This document shows positions 7,866 to 17,005 of a stretch of 39,099 nt of DNA, one piece after another (positions within the stretch are counted from its first letter, which is position 1; every line of letters begins with the position of its first letter). The notes beneath the pieces were generated by a model that did no database searches, was not told the origin of the DNA, and saw only the letters and a program-made list of their open reading frames with translations. The DNA is taken from NCBI GenBank assembly GCA_902803385.1, contig CADCPT010000283.1:1-39099 (forward strand), in the 5' to 3' direction. The translations under genes and the position numbers were made by a program. Origin of the DNA: an uncultured Ruminococcus sp. GTDB taxonomy: Bacteria > Bacillota > Clostridia > Oscillospirales > Acutalibacteraceae.

Positions 7866-8741
7866 ATGAGTAATAAGCTCGGAAGAAACGATCCCTGCTG
7901 GTGCGGCAGCGGAAAAAAATATAAAAAATGTCATCAGGAATTTGATGATAAGATCTCTTACATAGGCAGTAAGGGGCATATAGTTCCTGATCATTCTATT
8001 ATAAAAACTCCGGCTCAGATCGAAAAGATACGCGAAAGCTGTAAGGTCAATGTCGCTGTTCTTGATTATGTTGCCGAGAATTTAAGAGTCGGAATGACAA
8101 CGGAAGAGATAGATCGTATGGTTTACGAAAAAACAAAGGAAATGGGTGCCGTTCCTGCTCCGCTGAATTACGAGGGCTACCCCAAGAGCGTATGTACATC
8201 AATAAATGAGATAGTTTGTCATGGCATTCCTTCCGATAAAGTAGTGCTTAAAGACGGCGATATTATCAATATTGACTGCAGCACCATACTCGACGGTTAT
8301 TATTCGGATTCTTCGCGCATGTTCTGTATCGGCAACGTTGATCCGGAAAAGAAAAAGCTTGTCGATGTTGTAAAAGAATGTGTTGAGATAGGTCTGGAAA
8401 AAGTCCAGCCCTGGTCATTTCTCGGCGACATGGGTCAGGCTGTGAATGAACATGCCATGAAAAACGGCTACAGTGTTGTCCGTGAAATAGGCGGTCACGG
8501 AGTCGGACTTGAATTTCATGAGGATCCATGGGTAAGCTATGTTTCAAAGGCAGGGGAGGAAATGCTCCTTGTTCCCGGTATGATCTTTACTATAGAGCCT
8601 ATGGTCAATATGGGCACAAATAAGGTCTACTGTGATAAAGAGGATGGCTGGACGATCTATACAGCCGACAAGAAGCCTTCTGCTCAGTGGGAAATAATGG
8701 TTCTTGTAACCGAGACAGGACATGAAGTCCTTTGCTGGTAA
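7866..8741 (+). CDS. map: Type I methionine aminopeptidase with an N-terminal SEC-C zinc-binding motif.
   Basis: SEC-C motif NDPCWCGSGKKYKKCH. MetAP signatures include CHGIP, DIINIDCS, GHGVG, FTIEP and WTIYTAD...SAQWE. Confidence 0.9.
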   Translation: MSNKLGRNDPCWCGSGKKYKKCHQEFDDKISYIGSKGHIVPDHSIIKTPAQIEKIRESCKVNVAVLDYVAENLRVGMTTEEIDRMVYEKTKEMGAVPAPLNYEGYPKSVCTSINEIVCHGIPSDKVVLKDGDIINIDCSTILDGYYSDSSRMFCIGNVDPEKKKLVDVVKECVEIGLEKVQPWSFLGDMGQAVNEHAMKNGYSVVREIGGHGVGLEFHEDPWVSYVSKAGEEMLLVPGMIFTIEPMVNMGTNKVYCDKEDGWTIYTADKKPSAQWEIMVLVTETGHEVLCW

Positions 8742-8753
8742 CGAAAGGTGAAT

Positions 8754-9218
8754 ATGAAAAAGATATATCTTGCCGGCTTTGATGTTTTCAGTCCGGATTC
8801 TCTTAGTATAGGAGCATATATGAAAAAGCTCTGTGCTTCTTATGGCTTCGAGGGGCTTTTTCCTCTTGATAATGAATGTCATACTGCAGAAGAGATCTTT
8901 ATGTCAAATACCGCTATGATCAGGAGCTGTGATATCATCGCGGCAAATATGAATCGTTTCCGCGGATTTGAACCGGACAGCGGCACTGCCTTTGAGCTTG
9001 GATTCGGTTATTCTCTCGGCAAGGATCTCTACTGTTATATGGAAGATACATCTCCTATGACAAAGCTTTTAGGCTCTCAGGACAGCAACGGATACTATGT
9101 TGAGGATTTCGGCAATCCTCTGAATCTTATGCTCTCTGTTCCCTCAATAGTCATAAAGGGTGGTTTTGAGGATTGTCTGTCCTATATTGCTCTTTCGGCA
9201 TCCGATCCGGATAAATGA
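8754..9218 (+). CDS. Nucleoside 2-deoxyribosyltransferase-like protein.
   Basis: The N-terminal KIYLAGFDVF and the DSGTAFELGFGYSLGK motif are typical of the Nuc_deoxyrib_tr family. The ATG at 8754 follows RBS GAAAGG, 13 nt after the map stop. Confidence 0.65.
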   Translation: MKKIYLAGFDVFSPDSLSIGAYMKKLCASYGFEGLFPLDNECHTAEEIFMSNTAMIRSCDIIAANMNRFRGFEPDSGTAFELGFGYSLGKDLYCYMEDTSPMTKLLGSQDSNGYYVEDFGNPLNLMLSVPSIVIKGGFEDCLSYIALSASDPDK

Positions 9219-9298
9219 TATATAGTGTTGATACCTGCTTGGATCGTCAGCTTAAAGAGCCGTCTGCTATTTGTATCATAGTGTAAGATCATACAGGA

Positions 9299-10567
9299 GT
9301 GATTCTTTTGAATGTGTGGCTGATATCTGCGGCAATAATCCTTCTGATTGCCTGTTCATCCTTTTTTTCGGCAACAGAAACAGCATACAGCTCCGCCAGC
9401 AAAGCCCGTCTCAGCACCCTTGCCGATAACGGCAATAAAAAAGCAAAAAAAGCCCTTGCTATTCTTGACAGGTATGACAAGGCTCTTTCAACGATACTTG
9501 TTGGAAATAATATAGTTAACATTGCTTGTTCAGCACTTGCAACACTTCTGTTTGTATACTTTTTCGGAGATGCTATGGGCACACTTTTAAGTACCGTAGT
9601 TATCACTATTGTCGTTCTTATCTGCGGTGAAGTTCTTCCTAAAAACTTTGCAAAGGAAAACAGTGAAAAAATATGCATGTCTACAGCCGGAGCCCTGTCC
9701 TTTCTTATGGTCATAATAACGCCGGTATCATTTTTGCTTTTACAGATAAAGAAGGCTTTTGAAAAGGTCGTAAAAAGCAATGATAACCAACCTACTGTTA
9801 CAGAGGACGAGCTTAAATTCATCGTAGAAAGCATAGAAGAAGAAGGAGTGCTTGAAGAGCAGGAAAGCGAGCTCGTTCAGTCCGCTCTTGAATTTGATGA
9901 AAAAACCGCATACGATATCCTTACGCCAAGAGTAGATATGGTTGCGATAGATATTTCGGATAGTATAGAAGAAATAATGAGTATGATCATATCAGAGCGC
10001 TATTCGCGTATTCCTGTATACGAGGATAATATCGATAATATCATAGGCATACTTCATACCCGTGATTTTCTAGAAACGATCCTTAAAACACCAGAACCGG
10101 ATATAAGAGAGCTTATCCAGCCTGCATATTTTATCTACCGCAGCAAGAAGCTTTCCGCTCTGCTCGCTGATTTCAAGTATAAGCGTCTGCATATTGCCGT
10201 TGTTACGGATGATTACGGCGGAACACTCGGAATAGTTACCATGGAGGATCTTCTTGAACAGCTTGTAGGCGAGATATGGGATGAGGATGAGGAAGTCGAG
10301 CATAAAATAAAAAAGCTGGCGGATAATAAATATGAGCTCAGCGGAGATGTTAATATCGACGATATGCTTGAGCTTTTCGACAAGGATGAAAGATATCTTG
10401 ATACAGACAGTAAATCAGTCGGCGGCTGGGCTATCGAACAGCTGGGCGAGATACCTGAAAAGAATTCCTCGTTTACATATTGTGATCTGTCAGTTGTCGT
10501 TGGTGATGTACAGGATCAGCGTATTCTCTCTCTTACAGTTGAGTATGATCCCGAGAATAAAGAATGA
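9299..10567 (+). CDS. CNNM/CorC (HlyC/CorC) family transporter with a DUF21 TM domain, a CBS pair and a CorC_HlyC C-terminal domain.
   Basis: The N-terminal TM region carries ATETAYSS, ILVGNN and GEVLPK motifs. The CBS-pair region includes RIPVY and VVTDDYGGTLGIVTMEDLLEQLVGEI. The start is uncertain: GTG 9299, or TTG 9308 lying 9 nt after AGGAG. Confidence 0.85.
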   Translation: MILLNVWLISAAIILLIACSSFFSATETAYSSASKARLSTLADNGNKKAKKALAILDRYDKALSTILVGNNIVNIACSALATLLFVYFFGDAMGTLLSTVVITIVVLICGEVLPKNFAKENSEKICMSTAGALSFLMVIITPVSFLLLQIKKAFEKVVKSNDNQPTVTEDELKFIVESIEEEGVLEEQESELVQSALEFDEKTAYDILTPRVDMVAIDISDSIEEIMSMIISERYSRIPVYEDNIDNIIGILHTRDFLETILKTPEPDIRELIQPAYFIYRSKKLSALLADFKYKRLHIAVVTDDYGGTLGIVTMEDLLEQLVGEIWDEDEEVEHKIKKLADNKYELSGDVNIDDMLELFDKDERYLDTDSKSVGGWAIEQLGEIPEKNSSFTYCDLSVVVGDVQDQRILSLTVEYDPENKE

Positions 10568-10757
10568 ATCAGTTGTTCTGAAGTATACAAAGGCTATTTC
10601 CGGAAATAATAATACAGGGCTGTTACAGCCAGGATCACTTTTGTCTGCATTATCACTCGTCGGTGTGATAACACAGAATTATAAGTGCCTTTGCAGTGTA
10701 TCTTGCGGCTTCGCCGTCGGGTACACTTTTTTATTTATTATTTATGGAGGTAATCTT

Positions 10758-11765
10758 ATGCCGCAAAGGATAGGGAAAAGGACAATTATGATAAACGGTC
10801 TGGTCACGATCCATTCAGCCGCAGGTGTAGCAGGAAAAAAAGAGACCGAAGGACCTCTCGGAAAATTCTTTGACAAAACATATTCAGATGATACTCTCGG
10901 AAAGACGTCCTGGGAAAAGGCAGAAAGTGCTTTGCAGCAGGATGCAGCATCGCTTGCGCTTGCAAAAGCAGGGCTTACTCCGCTTGATATAGACGTCATG
11001 CTTGCCGGAGATCTTCTGAATCAGTGCATAAGCTCAACCTTTGGTCTTCGTTCCTTAGGTATACCTTTTCTCGGACAGTTCGGAGCGTGTTCAACAATGG
11101 CTCAGACCTTGCTGCTTGCAGCCTTACTTGTTGACGGAGGAGGCTGTTCATCGGCTCTTGCGGTAACAAGCTCACATTTCTGTTCTGCTGAAAGACAGTT
11201 TCGTCTTCCGATAGAATACGGCGGTCAGAGAACGCCAACGGCGCAGTGGACAGTTACCGGAGCAGGAGCTGCCATTGTGGATAACAGCGGAAAGGGTTGT
11301 CCGATAAAGTCTGTAACAATAGGAAGAATAACAGATCTGAAGGTCAAGGATGCAAATAATATGGGAGCTGCAATGGCTCCTGCAGCGGCAGATACGATCT
11401 CGGCTTTTTTTACGGATACCGGAACCACACCAAAGGATTACGACCTTATCCTTACGGGTGATCTCGGATATGTAGGTTCCGAGCTTTTATATGAGCTTAT
11501 GCGCAACGAGGGTTTTGACATAACAGATAATCATAATGACTGCGGAAAAATGATATTTGACCGTAAAAAACAGGATGTACATTCGGGCGGCTCAGGCTGC
11601 GGATGCTGCGGTTCGGTTTTCTGCAGCTATATCATGAGCAGACTTTTAAGCGGAGAGATCAGAAATATGCTGTTAGTCGCAACCGGTGCGCTTATGAGCC
11701 CGACATCAAGCCAGCAGGGTGAAAGCATACCTGCTATTGCTCATCTTGTAAATATTGTCTGCTGA
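10758..11765 (+). CDS. spoVAD: Stage V sporulation protein AD.
   Basis: Thiolase-like SpoVAD signatures are present: VAGKKE(T)EGPLG, DKTSWEKAES, QFGACST, GGQRTPTAQWTVTGAGAA, GSGCGC. The ATG at 10758 lies 8 nt after GGAGG. The ORF-track extension to 10332 overlaps the CorC gene and was discarded. Confidence 0.9.
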   Translation: MPQRIGKRTIMINGLVTIHSAAGVAGKKETEGPLGKFFDKTYSDDTLGKTSWEKAESALQQDAASLALAKAGLTPLDIDVMLAGDLLNQCISSTFGLRSLGIPFLGQFGACSTMAQTLLLAALLVDGGGCSSALAVTSSHFCSAERQFRLPIEYGGQRTPTAQWTVTGAGAAIVDNSGKGCPIKSVTIGRITDLKVKDANNMGAAMAPAAADTISAFFTDTGTTPKDYDLILTGDLGYVGSELLYELMRNEGFDITDNHNDCGKMIFDRKKQDVHSGGSGCGCCGSVFCSYIMSRLLSGEIRNMLLVATGALMSPTSSQQGESIPAIAHLVNIVC

Positions 11766-11833
11766 CAAAAGAAAGCGGAGACTGTCCGTACTACCGTTGC
11801 TGCAATGATCGGGTTATTTAAACATTATATTAC

Positions 11834-11873
11834 AGGTATTATTACATACCCTATGGGGTATATAATAATACCT
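11834..11873. promoter_or_regulatory. 40-nt near-perfect palindrome, a candidate operator abutting the -35 of the distal suf promoter.
   Basis: In aggtattattacataccctA|Tggggtatataataatacct, 18 of 20 positions are self-complementary. It ends 2 nt before the TTGACT at 11875. Confidence 0.5.
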
Positions 11874-11874
11874 A

Positions 11875-11903
11875 TTGACTTTATAGTATTAAAACAGTAT
11901 AAT
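11875..11903 (+). promoter_or_regulatory. Consensus sigmaA promoter, distal (P1), upstream of sufC.
   Basis: TTGACT-17 nt-TATAAT. Confidence 0.6.
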
Positions 11904-11961
11904 GTATATACCGTTTATCAGGAAAATAATCAGATATTGACGATTATTATCTCTGTTTTAC

Positions 11962-11990
11962 TTGACTTTTTCGTCATTTTGTATTAAAAT
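11962..11990 (+). promoter_or_regulatory. SigmaA promoter, proximal (P2), upstream of sufC.
   Basis: TTGACT-17 nt-TAAAAT, about 100 nt upstream of the sufC ATG. Confidence 0.6.
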
Positions 11991-12090
11991 TGTACCTGTG
12001 TTGCTTGTTCAATAAGCAGTAATGGATCTATGTATGCAGCCGCGAAAAAGCTATCGGCTGTCAATAATACGCATTTTGCTGGAGGTTAAT

Positions 12091-12834
12091 ATGAGCAGTA
12101 AAGTATTGCTTGACGTAAAGGATATTTATGTTAATGTAGAGGAAAAAGAAATACTCAAGGGTCTTTCACTTACGATAAATGAGGGAGAAACGCATGTTAT
12201 AATGGGTCCGAACGGTGCAGGAAAGTCAACCTTAGGACACACCCTTATGGCAAATCCGAAATACAACCTCAGTTCAGGCAGTATCTTTTTTGACGGCAGG
12301 GATATTACATCAGAGCCGACTGATAAGAGAGCAAAGGGCGGGATAATGCTTACTTTTCAGGATCCTATACCCGTACCGGGTATAACACTCGGAGGCTTTG
12401 TCAGAAGCGCTCTTGAACAGCGTACAGGTAAGCGTATAAGACTCTGGGACTTCAAAAAAAGCATGAAAAGCACTTTAGAGCTTCTCAATATGGACGAAGC
12501 CTATACAGAGCGTGACCTGAATGTCGGTTTTTCCGGAGGAGAAAAGAAGAAGGCTGAGATCTTCCAGCTTCTTATGCTCAGACCCAGGCTTGCGATTCTT
12601 GATGAAACTGATTCAGGCCTTGATGTTGATGCTGTAAAGACTGTATCCGCCGGTATAAATGCTTTTGTAGAGGGCGGCGGCACTCTTCTCATAATAACCC
12701 ACAGCACAAGACTTCTGGAGTCGCTTAAAGTTGATAAGACCCATATCCTTGCTTCCGGAAGGATCGTAAAAACAGGCGACAGAAGCCTTGTTGACGAGGT
12801 CAATGCCAATGGCTTTGAAGCCTTTATCGACTGA
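12091..12834 (+). CDS. sufC: Fe-S cluster assembly ATPase SufC.
   Basis: Walker A GPNGAGKST, ABC signature FSGGEKKK and Walker B LAILDETDSGLD are present. The ATG at 12091 follows GGAGG. Confidence 0.95.
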   Translation: MSSKVLLDVKDIYVNVEEKEILKGLSLTINEGETHVIMGPNGAGKSTLGHTLMANPKYNLSSGSIFFDGRDITSEPTDKRAKGGIMLTFQDPIPVPGITLGGFVRSALEQRTGKRIRLWDFKKSMKSTLELLNMDEAYTERDLNVGFSGGEKKKAEIFQLLMLRPRLAILDETDSGLDVDAVKTVSAGINAFVEGGGTLLIITHSTRLLESLKVDKTHILASGRIVKTGDRSLVDEVNANGFEAFID

Positions 12835-12845
12835 GGGGGAGCAAA

Positions 12846-14255
12846 ATGAAAGAGAAGACCTTTGTTGATGATCTTGATCAGAGCATTTATGATTTCCGCT
12901 ATGATGAAGATGAAAACGATATGCTCGACCGCGGTATAACACCGCAGATAATAAATGAAATAGCTGATGAAAAGGGCGATCCTGACTGGATGCGCGCTTT
13001 TCGGCTGCGTTCTCTCGAGCTTTACTATAAACAGAATATGCCGGTATGGGGACCTTCCATCGAGGGTCTTGATATGGACAAGATCGTTACCTATATACGT
13101 CCCAAGACCCGTATGAGAAACGACTGGGAAGATGTTCCCGATGATATCAAGAACACATTTGAAAAACTTGGAATACCTCAGGCTGAGCGTGAATCTCTCG
13201 CCGGGGTCGGCGCACAGTATGACAGTGAGATCGTTTACCATAACCTCAAGGATTCTGTTGCAAAGCAGGGCGTTATCTATTCTGACCTTGAAACTGCCAT
13301 GAAGGACGAGTTTTATAATAAAATGATACAGGAACACTTTATGAAGCTTGTTCCTCCGACAGATCATAAATTTGCGGCTCTTCATGGTGCAGTATGGTCA
13401 GGCGGTTCCTTTGTTTATGTTCCGAGAGGGGTCCATGTCGATATTCCCCTGCAGTCATATTTTAGACTCAATGCAGAGGGAGCCGGTCAGTTTGAACATA
13501 CCCTGATCATCGTTGAGGATGATGCATATCTCCATTTCATAGAGGGCTGTTCAGCTCCGAAATACTACGCAGCAAGTCTTCATGCCGGCTGTGTTGAGCT
13601 TTTTGTCGGCAAACGTGCTACCCTTCGTTATTCCACTATCGAAAACTGGTCAAAGAATATGTATAACCTCAATACAAAGCGTGCTCTTGTTGATGATGGG
13701 GGTAAGATAGAATGGGTATCCGGCTCTTTCGGTTCGCATGTTTCCTATCTTTATCCTACAAGCGTTCTTAACGGAGAGGGTGCAAGAAGCGAGTTTACGG
13801 GTATAACCTTTTCGGGTGCAGGACAGGATCTTGATACAGGCGCGAAGGTCATCCACAATGCACCGAATACATCATCTTATATGAACACACGCTCCATTTC
13901 AAAGGGCGGCGGCGGAAATACTTTCCGCAGCGAAGTCCGTGTTACCGCTAAGGCGAAGGGCAGCAAAAGCTCTGTTTCCTGCGCCTCACTTATGCTCGAC
14001 AGCGAATCCCGCTCTGATACTATTCCTGCAATGGATATCCGTACAAAAGATGCAGATATCGGCCACGAAGCCAAGATAGGCAGGATCAGTGATGATGCTG
14101 TATTCTATCTTATGAGCCGGGGTATGTCTGAGGAAGAGGCAAAGGCTCTTATTGTTTCCGGCTTTGCTGATAATGTCGGTAAGGAGCTTCCTATGGAATA
14201 TGCTATAGAAATGAATAATCTGATACGTCTTGAAATGACGGGCAGTATCGGATAA
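12846..14255 (+). CDS. sufB: Fe-S cluster assembly scaffold protein SufB.
   Basis: Typical SufB length and conserved blocks are present (FEHTLIIVEDDAYLHFIEGCSAP, NWSKNMYNLNTKRA, HEAKIGRISDD, FYLMSRG). Confidence 0.95.
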   Translation: MKEKTFVDDLDQSIYDFRYDEDENDMLDRGITPQIINEIADEKGDPDWMRAFRLRSLELYYKQNMPVWGPSIEGLDMDKIVTYIRPKTRMRNDWEDVPDDIKNTFEKLGIPQAERESLAGVGAQYDSEIVYHNLKDSVAKQGVIYSDLETAMKDEFYNKMIQEHFMKLVPPTDHKFAALHGAVWSGGSFVYVPRGVHVDIPLQSYFRLNAEGAGQFEHTLIIVEDDAYLHFIEGCSAPKYYAASLHAGCVELFVGKRATLRYSTIENWSKNMYNLNTKRALVDDGGKIEWVSGSFGSHVSYLYPTSVLNGEGARSEFTGITFSGAGQDLDTGAKVIHNAPNTSSYMNTRSISKGGGGNTFRSEVRVTAKAKGSKSSVSCASLMLDSESRSDTIPAMDIRTKDADIGHEAKIGRISDDAVFYLMSRGMSEEEAKALIVSGFADNVGKELPMEYAIEMNNLIRLEMTGSIG

Positions 14256-14266
14256 GGGGGATCGGT

Positions 14267-15286
14267 ATGGATACAATTGAAATCAAGGTCAATAAGCTGC
14301 CGTCTCCCACAATGAGCCGACTTAAACTGAATCATGCTGTTATGAGCATTGCTGCACCGCAGTCATTCTCTGTGCCTGTATTCAATGCTCCCGACGGAGT
14401 AGCGATCAATTCCCGGAAGTATTCCGGAAAAGACGATAGAGAGCTTTTTGACGGCTCTGATGAATATTCTGTTGAGTATAAAAAAGACGCTGAGCTTACT
14501 GCGGAATATGATCTTGATCCCGGCAGTACAGTGAGCGCTCTGAGTATTCTTGTTGATGATAACGTAAGTGCGACACTTATTATCCGTTATTCTGCCAAGG
14601 ATCCCTCAGACTGCGGTTTCGGCGGTTTCAAGATAAGAGCTGAGGTGGGAAATAACTCTTCACTTCATGTTGTACAGCTTTCTGTTCTCGGCAACGGAGA
14701 ACTTTACACAAATGTTCAGTCCGACTGTGCGGAAAACTCGTCAGTGAAGCTTACGACCATATGTCTCGGAGCTTCAAAGGCATTTATAGGCGCAGATTGC
14801 CGTCTTAACGGTAAAAGAGCTTGTTTCGACAGTGACACTGCTTATATACTGGGTGAAGGCGAAATGCTTGATATGAATTATAACTGTGATCATATCGAAA
14901 GAAAGACTGATTCATTGATAAAAGCAAGCGGAGTAATGAAGGCAGCGAGTATAAAAAACTCACGTCAGACGATAAATTTTATCAAAGGCTGTTCAGCCTC
15001 AAAGGGTGCTGAAAGTGAAGAAGTCCTCCTGCTTGATGACGATGTCATCAATAAATCTCTGCCCGTGATCCTCTGTACAGAGGAAGATGTCGAGGGCGAG
15101 CATGGAGCTTCTATCGGTCAGCCTGATGAGGACGAGCTTTACTATCTGCGTTCAAGAGGCCTTGATGACGAGACCATACTCGGAATGCTCAGTTCTGCTA
15201 AGATCCTTTCAGCTGCAGCAAGGATAGATCATGAGCCGACGGTCCGCATTATTAAGGACTACTTAGGAATTTCAGAGGAAGAATGA
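14267..15286 (+). CDS. sufD: Fe-S cluster assembly protein SufD (short form).
   Basis: The call rests on its position between sufB and sufS, and on the SufBD C-terminal block (GEHGASIGQPDEDELYYLRSRGL). Confidence 0.85.
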   Translation: MDTIEIKVNKLPSPTMSRLKLNHAVMSIAAPQSFSVPVFNAPDGVAINSRKYSGKDDRELFDGSDEYSVEYKKDAELTAEYDLDPGSTVSALSILVDDNVSATLIIRYSAKDPSDCGFGGFKIRAEVGNNSSLHVVQLSVLGNGELYTNVQSDCAENSSVKLTTICLGASKAFIGADCRLNGKRACFDSDTAYILGEGEMLDMNYNCDHIERKTDSLIKASGVMKAASIKNSRQTINFIKGCSASKGAESEEVLLLDDDVINKSLPVILCTEEDVEGEHGASIGQPDEDELYYLRSRGLDDETILGMLSSAKILSAAARIDHEPTVRIIKDYLGISEEE

Positions 15287-15288
15287 TA

Positions 15289-16503
15289 ATGACAATAACT
15301 GATAAAAATATTAAAGAGCTTTTTCCGATCCTTTCGGGTGACATGATCTACCTTGATTCAGCCGCGACCGCTCAGAAGCCGATGTGCGTTGTGGACGCCG
15401 TAAGGGATTTTTATCTGAATAATAACGCTAATCCGATGAGAGGAATGTACGACCTTAGTATCAGGGCTACCGACGATTACGAGGCGTCACGTCAGGTTGT
15501 TGCCGATTTTATAAATGCTGCAGACAGCAGTGAGATCGTTTTTACAAGAAATGCAACAGAAAGCCTGAATCTTGTTGCTGACTCCTTCGGTGCTGCGCTG
15601 ACCGAAGGAGACGAGATACTCGTAGCTACAAGTGAGCATCACAGTAACTTTCTTCCCTGGAAGAAAGCTGCAGAGCGCAGCGGGGCAATGATACGTTTTC
15701 TTGACTGTCTGCCTGACGGTACAATGACAGCAAGTATGCTCAGAGAAGCACTTACGCCTGCAACGAAGATATTCAGCGTTGCTCAGATATCCAACGTATT
15801 CGGAAGGGTCAATCCTATAGCGGAATATGCTGCTGTTTGTCATAAAAACGGCACTCTTATCTGTGTGGATGCATCTCAGAGCGTTCCTCATATAGCGGTA
15901 GATGTGCGGTCTCTTGATGCTGATTTCCTTGCTTTTTCAGGTCATAAGCTTTACGGTCCTATGGGCATAGGCGTTCTTTACGGCAAGAAAAAGCTTCTGA
16001 AAAAGCTTCCTCCGTTTCTTCGCGGCGGAGAAATGATAGATTATGTTTCCAAGGAGAAAACTGTATTTGCAGAGCTTCCTCACAAATTTGAAGCCGGAAC
16101 GGTAAGTGCCGCCGATGCAGCAGGACTTCGTGCAGCAATAGGATTTGTAAATGATGTTGGCTTTGAACAGATAGAAGAAAGAGAGCTTCATCTAACGAAG
16201 CTTGCTTTTGAAGGTATGAAGAAGATACCGCATGTGAACATATTGGGAGCAGATAATGCCGAAGATCACCACGGCATACTTACTTTTACTATAGATGATG
16301 TTCATCCCCACGATATTGCAGCTATTTTTGCAGAGGATAACGTATGTATAAGAGCCGGACATCACTGCGCTCAGCCACTTCATATACTTCTCGGAATTCC
16401 TTCCACAGTACGCGCAAGCCTTGCATTTTATAATACCGATGAAGATATTGAAAAATTCCTCGGTGTTCTTTCAACGATAAGGAGTCGGATGGGTTATGAA
16501 TAA
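15289..16503 (+). CDS. sufS: Cysteine desulfurase SufS (class V aminotransferase, group II).
   Basis: PLP lysine motif FSGHKLYGPMGIGVLYG and the active-site loop RAGHHCAQP are present. An alternative start at ATG 15283 would overlap the sufD stop. The ATG at 15289 has better spacing to GAGGAAG. Confidence 0.9.
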   Translation: MTITDKNIKELFPILSGDMIYLDSAATAQKPMCVVDAVRDFYLNNNANPMRGMYDLSIRATDDYEASRQVVADFINAADSSEIVFTRNATESLNLVADSFGAALTEGDEILVATSEHHSNFLPWKKAAERSGAMIRFLDCLPDGTMTASMLREALTPATKIFSVAQISNVFGRVNPIAEYAAVCHKNGTLICVDASQSVPHIAVDVRSLDADFLAFSGHKLYGPMGIGVLYGKKKLLKKLPPFLRGGEMIDYVSKEKTVFAELPHKFEAGTVSAADAAGLRAAIGFVNDVGFEQIEERELHLTKLAFEGMKKIPHVNILGADNAEDHHGILTFTIDDVHPHDIAAIFAEDNVCIRAGHHCAQPLHILLGIPSTVRASLAFYNTDEDIEKFLGVLSTIRSRMGYE

Positions 16504-16930
16504 CAGAACATTTTACAATGAAATACTGACGGAGCATAATCGCTTTCCGGCTCATAAGCATAGTCTCGAAGGAGCTGATTTTTCCCTTGAAGGAGTCAAT
16601 CCGAGCTGCGGAGATGATATAGTCCTTAATCTTAAGGTAAGTGACGGGATAATAACGGACGGTTCATATGAGGGCAGCGGATGTGCGGTGTCACAGGCAT
16701 CAGCGGACATAATGCTTGATCTTGTGATAGGGAAGAGCATTGAAGAAGCACAGCGTCTTGCTGACATTTTTATGCGAATGATCAAGGATAAAATAACAGA
16801 TGAAGAGCTGGAAGAGCTTGAAGAAGCCGCAGCTCTGCAGGATATTTCACATATGCCGTCAAGAGTAAAATGTGCTGTTCTCGGATGGAGAACAATGAAT
16901 GAGATCTTCAGCGATGACAGTGTAGAGTAA
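16496..16930 (+). CDS. sufU: SufU-type (IscU/NifU-like) sulfur acceptor/scaffold.
   Basis: NPSCGDD, GSGCAVSQASA and the C-terminal KC motif are present. It overlaps sufS by 8 nt. Confidence 0.9.
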   Translation: MNNRTFYNEILTEHNRFPAHKHSLEGADFSLEGVNPSCGDDIVLNLKVSDGIITDGSYEGSGCAVSQASADIMLDLVIGKSIEEAQRLADIFMRMIKDKITDEELEELEEAAALQDISHMPSRVKCAVLGWRTMNEIFSDDSVE

Positions 16931-16944
16931 TGCTTTTGCTTACA

Positions 16945-16996
16945 AGCTATAGCACGTTAAGTAATATACTTGACATGCTATAGCTCTTTTTTTATT
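16945..16996 (+). terminator. Intrinsic terminator of the suf operon.
   Basis: A long hairpin has outer stem agctatagca/tgctatagct and inner stem gttaagta/tacttgac, followed by ctttttttatttt. Confidence 0.85.
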
Positions 16997-17005
16997 TTAT
17001 AAATT

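Noticed and set aside
9289-9834. A 181-aa minus-strand ORF. Similar cases are 1471-1923 (+), 4639-5136 (-) and 15487-15891 (-).
   Set aside because: They are antisense or out of frame within well-supported genes (CorC, the methyltransferase, HD-GYP, sufS).
10332-10757. The N-terminal 142-aa extension of the spoVAD ORF given in the ORF track.
   Set aside because: It overlaps the 3' end of the CorC gene and is not SpoVAD-like. A GGAGG-ATG start at 10758 gives the canonical ~335-aa protein.
11805-11987. A 60-aa hydrophobic ORF downstream of spoVAD, which I considered as a possible spoVAE remnant.
   Set aside because: It has no similarity to the SpoVAE sequence as I remember it and no RBS. It is AT-rich and coincides with two consensus promoters and the palindrome.
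12501-13385. A 294-aa ORF on the minus strand.
   Set aside because: It is entirely antisense to sufC and sufB, whose products have unambiguous conserved motifs. Its translation is low-complexity and matches no motif. It is an antisense shadow ORF.
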